Source of the DNA: Candidatus Eiseniibacteriota bacterium
Lineage (GTDB): Bacteria > Eisenbacteria > RBG-16-71-46 > JABDJR01
Direction of reading: 5' to 3'
Length of the DNA stretch: 64,000 nt
Assembly (NCBI GenBank): GCA_963728475.1
Contig: CAVSKL010000002.1
Coordinates: forward strand, 558,365 to 622,364
In this document: positions 29,522 through 37,715 of the stretch, piece after piece
Layout: every line of letters starts with the position of its first letter
Numbering within the stretch: position 1 is the stretch's first letter
Notes under the pieces: generated by a model
Told to the model about the DNA's origin: nothing
Database searches by the model: none
The model's input: the letters and a program-made list of their open reading frames with translations, nothing else
Made by a program: the position numbers and the translations under genes

Positions 29522-31108
29522 CTATTCGGTCCCGCCGGCGGGAACCACCAGCGACCGGATCTCGTGGATGAGGTCCTTCATGTCGGGCTGCGCGTTGCCG
29601 CAGGCGGCCTCGATGTCGGCGGGGGTCAGCGCGCCCCCCTTCTGCCATAGCGGCTTCAGGGCCGAAGCGGCCTTGCCGCCGGCGTACCAGTCTTCGCCCA
29701 GGGTCGTGCGCAGGTGGTTCTGAACCCCGGCCGCGATGAGAAGCCCCTGGAACCGGGCCGCCGAGTTCAGGCGGTTCAGGTACTCGGAGGCCCGCTTGCC
29801 GTCGGAGGCGGCCATGCGGGCTCCGGTGGCGGTCTCCATCGCCTTCCGGAAGTCCTCCCCCATGTCGGCGGAGCCGCGGTAGACCCCCAGCTCGAATCCG
29901 GTGAGGCCGGCCAGCATCCGGGCCTCGTACAGGGTCAGGAAGGCGCGGTAGGTGGAGTACTGGGCGGCCTCGAAACCGTCCGCCTTGGCGTTGGCCTGGA
30001 CCCAGCCCGGCTCGATCAGGACGAGTCTCGGAAGGAAGGCCAGGGCCGCCTGCGCGGTCTGGTTGGGCAGGTACGCGGCCTCGAAGTGGGTCTGGGTGGA
30101 CTGGGTGAAGATCTGGGCCGCGCCCACCCCGTACACGTAGTCGTCGTCGTCGCGGATCCCGCCCAGCGGGTTGAAGCTCACCCGCACGTCGCCGGGCACC
30201 GCCGCCTGGTAGACGCCGGTCCGGAGCGCCTTCCCGGGACGGGCCTCGTCGTCGAGGGTGAGGCCGGCCTGGGCGTCTACGTCCACCCCGAGCCCCCGGT
30301 AGAGAGCCTTCATCCGGGCCTTGCGGGCGGCGGGCGGGAACGCCGACTCGAACATGATCCCCTGGGTGAGATACGGGAGATCGTAGAACCGGACCTTGCG
30401 CGCCTCGGTGTGCAGGTAGCGGTCGGCCATCACCGTGAACAGCGAGTCGTACAGGGATTGGGTGGCGCTCAGGAACGAATCCGCGGTGGCGGCCACGCCG
30501 TCGAGATCGAGGTTCTCGCGGGCGGCGTAGAACTCGGCGAAGTTCTTGAAGCCCCAGGGCTGGAGCTGTTCGTTCCGCCGGGACATGATCTGCTTGCCGA
30601 ACACGGCGATGGTCTCGAACTGGCTGGTGAGGCCTGCGTAGAGCCGGCGCCGGTCGGAATCGCTGGAGGCGGCGGCGAGATCCTTCAGCACGTCGCGGTA
30701 CGGAACGTCCTTGCCGTCCACGTTCACCGTGCTGGTCTGCTCGAACTTCTTGAGGTCGTCCTCGTAGCTGGCCAGGTTCGCGTCCACGATGCACCGGACC
30801 AGAAAGAGCTTGAGGCGGCCGGCGGCGGGATCGGTCCCCCCGGCCCCCGCCAGCTCGTCCACCTTCGACTTCTTGAGCAGGAAATCGTAGTCCTTGTAGA
30901 CCCGCTGGCTGTTGGGGGTGGCGGCCTTGGCATCGACCTCGAACGCGTGCTTCTCGAGGTTCTGCTCCATCTCCTGGGCCTTCTCGCGGATGCGTTCCAC
31001 GTCCGCCCGGCTCACCCCGGGAAACGCGGCCCCCGCCGCTCCCGCCACCAGGACCGCCAGCGCGGCCGGCCGGGCCAGGCCCGTCGCCAAAGTCATGATG
31101 CGGCTCAC
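29522..31108 (-). CDS. Exported M3-like (gluzincin) peptidase homolog lacking zinc ligands
   Basis: Signal peptide; LDLDG...FL..T, VPGDVRVSFNPLGG..DD, GEDWY; YGVGA at the HExxH position. Confidence 0.62.
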   Translation of the reverse strand: MSRIMTLATGLARPAALAVLVAGAAGAAFPGVSRADVERIREKAQEMEQNLEKHAFEVDAKAATPNSQRVYKDYDFLLKKSKVDELAGAGGTDPAAGRLKLFLVRCIVDANLASYEDDLKKFEQTSTVNVDGKDVPYRDVLKDLAAASSDSDRRRLYAGLTSQFETIAVFGKQIMSRRNEQLQPWGFKNFAEFYAARENLDLDGVAATADSFLSATQSLYDSLFTVMADRYLHTEARKVRFYDLPYLTQGIMFESAFPPAARKARMKALYRGLGVDVDAQAGLTLDDEARPGKALRTGVYQAAVPGDVRVSFNPLGGIRDDDDYVYGVGAAQIFTQSTQTHFEAAYLPNQTAQAALAFLPRLVLIEPGWVQANAKADGFEAAQYSTYRAFLTLYEARMLAGLTGFELGVYRGSADMGEDFRKAMETATGARMAASDGKRASEYLNRLNSAARFQGLLIAAGVQNHLRTTLGEDWYAGGKAASALKPLWQKGGALTPADIEAACGNAQPDMKDLIHEIRSLVVPAGGTE

Positions 31109-31185
31109 GCGAATCCTCCTTCTACTCCTCTGCAGAGGTCATACCTTCGGAAGACCGGTCATTATCCCGGAAAACCACAAGTCCA

Positions 31186-32151
31186 TCAACGGGTTCCGGG
31201 GGCGGGTCCGCGCGCCTCCCAGGCCTCGGCCCGGGCCAGATCGACCCAGATCTCCGTATCCCCTCCTTCCCCCGTCCGGCAGCGCCATCGCTCCAGGGGG
31301 ACCCCCACCCGGGCCACCGCGCCCAGCGCCGCCACCACCTGCGGCTGGAGCCGCTCGGTCTCCTCCTGGACCCGCCGTTCCCATTCCAGCTTGTAGAGAT
31401 CGATCTTGCGGCGGCTCTCCTCCTGGCCGCGCCGGGTGGAGCGGGTCTTGAGCACCCGCCGCTCCTCCTCCATGAGCTGCCGGTAATACCGCTCCAGGGT
31501 GGCCAGTTCCTTCTCCAGCACCTCCCGGCCCACCTGCTGGAGGGCGTGGACGCACGCCTCCACCCGGTCCTGGACGGTCTCCCAGGCCTGGTGGAAGGCG
31601 GGGCGGGTGGAAACGCCGGGCGCCGGTCCGAAGCCCTCCCGGGGCCCGGGCTCGGCCTCCCCGAGGCCCCGCCGGGGAAGCCCCCGCGGGGTGATCCTCC
31701 CCCGCTCCACGTCGTAGGCCACCGTCTCCACCCTCTCCTCCGGCGGCTCCGAGTAGTAGGAGAGCCGGAAGGTGAAGAGCAGCACGATGCCGTAGCGCCG
31801 CTCCCGCAGCTCCACGGGAACCGGGCGGCCCCGCCGGCGGCGGGCGATCACCGCCTCCCGGTCCAGGTCCTCGCGGGGGGCGAGGTAGCACGCGGCCACC
31901 CTTCCCCGGTCGCCCGCGTAGCGCAGCAGCTGATCGTGGAGCCAGCTTCCCGGCGAGGCCAGCTCCACCCCCTCGGCGGTGGCCAGCCGCTTGCGGAAGG
32001 TGAACCGGAGCTCCTCGCGGCCGAGCGCCGAGACCAGCCCGTCGGCCAGCCGGCAGGCGTAGATCCCTTCCTCCTCCGGCTCCGGGGTGGACCCCGACCG
32101 GTCCAGGACCTCCAGCACCCAGCGCCGTCCTCCCCCACCCGCCCTAGCCAC
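31186..32151 (-). CDS. YqhG-like hypothetical protein (SNF2 partner)
   Basis: 8-bp overlap with the SNF2 gene; C-terminal coiled coil LERYYRQL...ERRVQEETERLQPQV. Confidence 0.6.
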   Translation of the reverse strand: MARAGGGGRRWVLEVLDRSGSTPEPEEEGIYACRLADGLVSALGREELRFTFRKRLATAEGVELASPGSWLHDQLLRYAGDRGRVAACYLAPREDLDREAVIARRRRGRPVPVELRERRYGIVLLFTFRLSYYSEPPEERVETVAYDVERGRITPRGLPRRGLGEAEPGPREGFGPAPGVSTRPAFHQAWETVQDRVEACVHALQQVGREVLEKELATLERYYRQLMEEERRVLKTRSTRRGQEESRRKIDLYKLEWERRVQEETERLQPQVVAALGAVARVGVPLERWRCRTGEGGDTEIWVDLARAEAWEARGPAPGTR

Positions 32152-34118
32152 CGAAGATCTCCTCGTCGAGGCTCTTCACCGCCTCGTAACGGCGGCGGCT
32201 GAGCGCCATCTGGTCCCCCAGCTCCCGGAATTTCTTCTCCAGGTCCCGGCGGTTGCGGGCTCCGGCCCAGATCTGGAACACCGCGGTCTCGAACGACTGC
32301 TGGTCGCTGAACTCGCCGAGGATCATGTCCATCTCCCCGATCACCAGCTCGAACATGTTGATCTTCCGGTGGAGGATCTCCAATACGTGCGATTCCACCG
32401 TGTTCTCGGTGCTGAAATTGTAGATCTCGATGTCCCCGGTCTGGCCCAGCCGGTGGACCCGGCCGATCCGCTGCTCCACCTTCATCGGGTTCCACGGCAA
32501 GTCGTAGTTGACGACGGTGCGGCAGAAGTGGAGGTTGCGCCCCTCGCCGCCGGCCTCGGTGCTGACCAGGATCCGGGCCGGCCCCCGGAACTCGGCGATG
32601 GCCGCCTCCTTGTCCGGGCCGGGAAGGCCGCCGTGGAAGACCACGGTGGAGTATCCCGCCTCCCGGAGCCGGCGGGACAGGAAGTCCATGGTCGACTTGA
32701 ACTGGGTGAACACGATCGCCTTCCCCTCCACGGTGGGAAGGATCTCCAGGAGCCCCTCAAGCTTGGTGTGGCGCTCCACCGACTCGCTGAGGGCATGGAG
32801 CCGGTTCAGCTCCTCCCGGTGGCCGCGGTAGCGCGGATCCATCCGCGCGCGCTCCAGGGTGTGGCGGGCGGCGGGGGTGCTGCTCCCGATCTCCTTCTGC
32901 AGCACCATGGAGACGAAGTGCCACTTGAGGAACTGGGTGCGGTCGCTGTCGCTGAAGCGCGTCCGCACGAACTCGGTGACCGCGTCGTAGAGCACGCGCT
33001 CCCGCGAGGTGAGCTGGAAGGGGCGGATGTGCACGGTCCGGCGCGGGAAGCGGATGTTGGTCTTGGCCCGGGTGGTGCGGATCATCACCTTGCGGAGGAG
33101 CAGGGAAAGCTCGGCGGTGTTCTTGGGCAGCCGCTTGTCCCCGCGCACCATGTAGCGCCGGCGGAAGCCCCGGTAGGTCCCCAGGGTTCCGGGCCGGAGC
33201 AGGTTCACCAGGTTGTAGAGCTCGCGCAGGTCGTTCTGGACGGGGGTGGCGGTGAGGAGAAGCAGGTACTTGCTCTTGAGCGCGGCCACGAACTTCCAGG
33301 CCAGGGTCTGGTGGTTGCGCAGCCGGTGGGCCTCGTCCACGATCACCAGGTCGAAGGGATGGGCGAGGAGCCGGCTCCGGTTCCTCGAGGTCTTGGCGGT
33401 GTCGAGCGAGCAGATGAGCAGCGGATGCTGGGCCCAATCCCCCCGGCGTCCGGCGATCACGAACTCCAGCCCGAACTTGGTCGCCAGCTCCTCGCGCCAC
33501 TGGATGGTGAGGCTGGCCGGGACCAGGACCAGGGCGCGATGGGCCAGCCCCCGGAGCATGTACTCCTTGAGGATCATCCCCGCCTCGATGGTCTTGCCCA
33601 GGCCCACCTCGTCGGCCAACAGCCCCCTCCCCCGCATTTCCCGGAGCACCCGCAGGCAGGCCGCCTTCTGGTATTCGAGCTGCTCCACCCCCCGCAGGTC
33701 CTCCAGGCAGAGGAGCCGGTCGAAGCCCTGGCTGGCCGCCAGCTCCAAGCCCTCGACCAGGAGCCGCCAGTCCTCCAGGGGTTCGCTCTCCCCCCTCCAG
33801 CCGGGCCAGGATCTCGTCGGTGGCGCCGTCCAGGCTGAGGTAGGGCAGCCGCGAGCCGTTGCCGTCGGTTCCCGGCCGCGCCGCCGCGCTCCGGCGCGGG
33901 CGGGGGCGGCGCCGTCCGGACGGGGGGGGCGGGGGGGGAGGAAGCGCGGAACTTGGCCGGAGCTGGGGATGGAGGCTGGTCACCCGTTTCACCCCGCTCG
34001 GGAAGACCACCTCGAGGATGTCGTAGTACACCCGGTCGCGGATCTCCACCACCAGCCCTTCGCCGAACTCGGCGTGGTGGACCTTGTCGCCGACCTGGTA
34101 GATGTGACGTTCCGCCAT
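32144..34118 (-). CDS. SNF2-family (YqhH/RapA-like) ATPase with N-terminal Tudor-like domain; frameshifted at the C6 run 33790-33795
   Basis: LADEVGLGKT, DEAH, TATP, EGRNL, PWNPMKVEQRIGR in the 32144-33748 frame; the N-terminal part lies in the frame starting at 34118. Confidence 0.85.
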
Positions 34119-34132
34119 ACCGCGATTCCGGT

Positions 34133-34762
34133 TCAGTTGGCCAGGTAGTAGAGGAGCCCGATCTGCGCGGTGAGACCGATCGACACGCTGCCGCCCGCGG
34201 TGATGGTCTCGCGCTCGCCCACCCCCTTGCCGAAGTAGGCGAAGGCGCGGCCGCTCAGGTCCAGCCCCCAGTTTTCACGGATGAACACCTCGGCCCCCCC
34301 GCCCCCGCTCACCACCAGGTTCTCGCCGGGAAACAGGATTTCGTCGGACTGGAAGTGGATCTCGGGCCGGTAGAACCCGACCCCCACCACCAGGTATTGC
34401 GAGGCGTCGGCGGCCCGGTCCCGGTAGTAGTAGAGGTCCCCCATGATCTGGGTGGAGACCAGCTTCTTCACCCCCTGGTCCAGCTTGGCCTGGTCCTTGG
34501 CGGTGTAGGTCTGGCTCTGGAAGTAGAGCCCCAGCGAGGCGTGCGGGCTGGCCACGTAGCGCAGGGTGACCCCGTATCCCCCGCCGTGGGAGAAGTCGAG
34601 GCCGTAGCGGGCCTGCCCGGTGATCCAGCCGAAGTCCCCGAACGCGCTCAACCCGATCGACCCCTCGTCCTCGATGCCGCCCTGGGCGAGCGCGCGGCCG
34701 GGTCCCGAAGCCAGGGCCCCCAGCGCCAGCGCCGCCGCCAACCACGCCGTCGTGCGTCTCAT
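34133..34762 (-). CDS. Outer-membrane beta-barrel protein
   Basis: Signal peptide, alternating beta-strand pattern, aromatic C-terminal strand IGLLYYL. Confidence 0.72.
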   Translation of the reverse strand: MRRTTAWLAAALALGALASGPGRALAQGGIEDEGSIGLSAFGDFGWITGQARYGLDFSHGGGYGVTLRYVASPHASLGLYFQSQTYTAKDQAKLDQGVKKLVSTQIMGDLYYYRDRAADASQYLVVGVGFYRPEIHFQSDEILFPGENLVVSGGGGAEVFIRENWGLDLSGRAFAYFGKGVGERETITAGGSVSIGLTAQIGLLYYLAN

Positions 34763-34805
34763 CGATACTCCCTCCAAGCCCGAAACCGGACGATTGTACC
34801 CCTGA

Positions 34806-35759
34806 TCACGTGCGTCTCCCCCGCTCCCGGGGGTGGAAGAGCCGGTGGACCTCCAGGAGCTGGCCGCGGTCCACATGGGTATAGATCTCGGTGGTGGTGA
34901 CCGAGGCGTGGCCCAGAAGTTCCTGGACCACCCGCAGGTCCGCCCCCCCCTCCAGGAGATGGGTGGCGAAGGAATGACGAAGCATGTGGGGATGGAAATC
35001 CCCGGAGATTCCCGCGGCGACCGCGTGCCGGCGGAGGATCCGCCAGAGCCCCATGCGGCTCAACCGCCCCCCCCGGCGGTTCAGGAACAGGTTCCCGGGA
35101 TCGCGGCGGGCCCTTCCGGCCAGCAGCGCGCGCGCGCCGTCCCGGTAGCGGCGGAGCGCCTCCACCGAGGCCTCGGTCAGCGGCACCGCGCGTTCCTTGT
35201 CCCCCTTGCCGATCACCCGCACGAACCGCTCGTCCAGACGAAGCCCTTCCGGGCGAAGATCCAGCACCTCCGACACCCGCAGGCCCGATCCGTACATGAG
35301 TTCCAGGGCGGCGCGGTCGCGGAGGGCCAGGGGTCCGCTTCCCCGGGGCGCCTCCAGGAGCTTCAACACTTCCTCCACCGCGAGCACCCGCGGGAGCCGG
35401 CGCCCCCGGCGCGGCGGCTCCAGCCCCTCGGTGGGGTCGGCCCCCGCCCGGCGCCGGCGGCTCAGGTAGCCGTGGAAGCCGCGGAGGCAGGAGAGGCGCC
35501 GGGCCAGGGTGCGCCCCGAGAGCCCCCGCTCCCCTTCCGAGCCGAGATAGCGTTCCACCTCGTCCCGGTCCATCTCCCCGGTCTCGGCGTGGCCGCGGGC
35601 CGCCGCCCACCCCAGGTAGCCGGCCAGGTCGGCGGCGTAGGCGTCCACGGTGCGGTCGGAGAGCCGCCGCTCGTAGCGGAGGTAGCTCAGGTAGTCCTCC
35701 CGCGCCCGGTCCAGCCCCGGTGGGAGGGGGGCGCGCGGCGGGGCGGGGCTACGCGGCAT
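34806..35759 (-). CDS. xerD: Tyrosine recombinase XerD
   Basis: RDRAALELMYGSGLRVSE, GKGDKER, HMLRHSFATH, LLGHASVTTTEIYTH. Confidence 0.9.
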   Translation of the reverse strand: MPRSPAPPRAPLPPGLDRAREDYLSYLRYERRLSDRTVDAYAADLAGYLGWAAARGHAETGEMDRDEVERYLGSEGERGLSGRTLARRLSCLRGFHGYLSRRRRAGADPTEGLEPPRRGRRLPRVLAVEEVLKLLEAPRGSGPLALRDRAALELMYGSGLRVSEVLDLRPEGLRLDERFVRVIGKGDKERAVPLTEASVEALRRYRDGARALLAGRARRDPGNLFLNRRGGRLSRMGLWRILRRHAVAAGISGDFHPHMLRHSFATHLLEGGADLRVVQELLGHASVTTTEIYTHVDRGQLLEVHRLFHPRERGRRT

Positions 35760-37578
35760 CGGTATCCTCCCCGGCGTGAAGCGCGTGATAGATGCGCGCG
35801 GCGACCTTGGCGCCGATCCCGGGGACGCCGGCGAGGTCCTCCTCCGATGCCTCGCGCAGCGCGTCCACGCTCCCGAATGCTCCCAGGAGCCGGAGCCGGC
35901 GTTCCTTCCCCACCCCCGCGACCGCGTTCAGGGCCGAGGTGAGGGCGGCCTTGCCCCGGCGCGCGCGGTGGAAGGTGATGGCAAACCGGTGCGATTCGTC
36001 CCGGACCCGGATGAGGAGCCTCAGCCCCTCGTCGGTCCGGGGGAGCTTGAGCGTGCCGGCGCGCCCGGGGATCACGATCTCCTCCTCGCGCTTGGCCAGG
36101 CCCACCAGCGGCACCCCCGCCAGCCCCTCCTGGTCCAGCGCGGTGAGGGCGGCCCCCACCTGCCCCAGCCCCCCGTCGATGAGGATGAGGTCGGGGGGAG
36201 GGAACTCCCCGGCCACGATCCGCGCCGCCCGCCGGCCCACCACCTCCGCCATCATCGCGAAGTCGTTGGGTCCGTCCGGATAGCGCATGGTGAACCGGCG
36301 GTAGGCGCCCTTGGCCGGCTTGCCGTTCCGGAACACCACCAGCGAGGCCACCGGGTGCGACCCCTGGATGTTGGAGATGTCGAACCCCTCGATGTGGATC
36401 GGGGGCCGGGCCAGGCCCAGCGCCTTCTGGAGGACGTAGACCGCGGCGTCCACCCCGCCCCGGGTGCTGTCGCCGCGCGCCTCTTCCAGGTCCAGCCGGG
36501 CGTTCTCCTCCGCCAGCCGGGCCAGCCCCGCGAACCGCCCCCGCCGGGGGACCCGGATGCCGATCCGCCGCCCCGCCTTGCCGGAGAGCCAGCGAGCGAG
36601 AAGCTCGCTCTCGGCCGGCTCCACCGCGGCCAGCACCTCCCCCGGCATCCCGTCGCGGTCCCGGTAGTACTGGGAGAGGAACGCGGCCATGATCGACCCG
36701 TCGGGTTCGTCCTCGGCGCCGCGGAGCCGCCGCCGCTCCTTGCCCAGCACCGTCCCCCCGCGCACCTGGAGCACGGTGCCGTACACCGTGCCGCGATCCC
36801 GGGCGAAGCCGAACACGTCCAGGTCCCGCTCCTGCGCGTCCAGCATCTTCTGCCGGCGCATGAGCCGTTCCACCCCCCGGAGCCGGTCGCGAAGCAGTGC
36901 CGCCCGCTCGAACTCGGTCCGCGCCGAGGCCTCGGCCATGTCCGCGCGGAGCCGCTGGAGCACCTCCTCCCCCTGCCCCGACAGGAACAGGATCAGGCGA
37001 TCCACCAGCTCGCGGTAGTCCTCCTTCGAGATTTTGCCGATGCAGGGAGCGGCGCAGCGGTGGATGTGGAAGTCGAGGCACTCCCGGTAGTGCGGCCCGC
37101 GGCCGGGGCGGGAGCCCATGCAGGAGCGGATGGGGAAGATCGAGCGCACCATCTTCACCGTGCGCCGGAGCGCTCCCGCGTCGGTGTAGGGGCCGAAGTA
37201 GCGCGAGCCGTCGCGGGGGGTGCGCCGGGTGATCACCGCCTTGGGGTAATCCTCGCCGAGGGTGATCTTCAGGAACGGGAACCGCTTGTCGTCCTTGAGA
37301 CGGATGTTGTACGGGGGGCGCTTCTCCTTGATCAGGGTCATCTCGAGGAGGAGGGCCTCCACGTCCGAGTCGGTGACGATGGTCTCGATGTCGCTTACCC
37401 GGGGGACGAACGCGGCCTGCTTGGGGTGGTCGGTGCCGCCCGCGTTGAAGTAGGAGCGGACCCGGTGGTCGAGCCGCGTGGCCTTGCCCACGTAAAGGAT
37501 CCGCCCGTGGCGGTCCTTCATGATGTAGACCCCGGGCCTCCGGGGAAGATGGGCCAGTTTCTGGGCTAGTTCGGGCAT
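35749..37578 (-). CDS. uvrC: Excinuclease ABC subunit C
   Basis: GIY-YIG (PGVY...YVGKA), four-Cys region, FDISN, LIDGG, RDESHRFA, HhH. Confidence 0.96.
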   Translation of the reverse strand: MPELAQKLAHLPRRPGVYIMKDRHGRILYVGKATRLDHRVRSYFNAGGTDHPKQAAFVPRVSDIETIVTDSDVEALLLEMTLIKEKRPPYNIRLKDDKRFPFLKITLGEDYPKAVITRRTPRDGSRYFGPYTDAGALRRTVKMVRSIFPIRSCMGSRPGRGPHYRECLDFHIHRCAAPCIGKISKEDYRELVDRLILFLSGQGEEVLQRLRADMAEASARTEFERAALLRDRLRGVERLMRRQKMLDAQERDLDVFGFARDRGTVYGTVLQVRGGTVLGKERRRLRGAEDEPDGSIMAAFLSQYYRDRDGMPGEVLAAVEPAESELLARWLSGKAGRRIGIRVPRRGRFAGLARLAEENARLDLEEARGDSTRGGVDAAVYVLQKALGLARPPIHIEGFDISNIQGSHPVASLVVFRNGKPAKGAYRRFTMRYPDGPNDFAMMAEVVGRRAARIVAGEFPPPDLILIDGGLGQVGAALTALDQEGLAGVPLVGLAKREEEIVIPGRAGTLKLPRTDEGLRLLIRVRDESHRFAITFHRARRGKAALTSALNAVAGVGKERRLRLLGAFGSVDALREASEEDLAGVPGIGAKVAARIYHALHAGEDTDAA

Positions 37579-37715
37579 GCCGATGGTTTCCGTCGGCGGC
37601 GGGTAAAGGAGGGCCGCCAAGAGTGACCAAGTAGTATACCGGAACCGGCGGGGGCGGTGGGGATTTCACCGAAGGCGGGAGCGGGGCGCGGCGGGCGCCG
37701 GAAGCGGCCCCGGGG

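Noticed and set aside
31186-34118. SNF2 pair as an anti-phage defence system (DISARM/BREX/Zorya-like)
   Set aside because: No methylase, nuclease or other defence gene nearby; native codon usage in a core context
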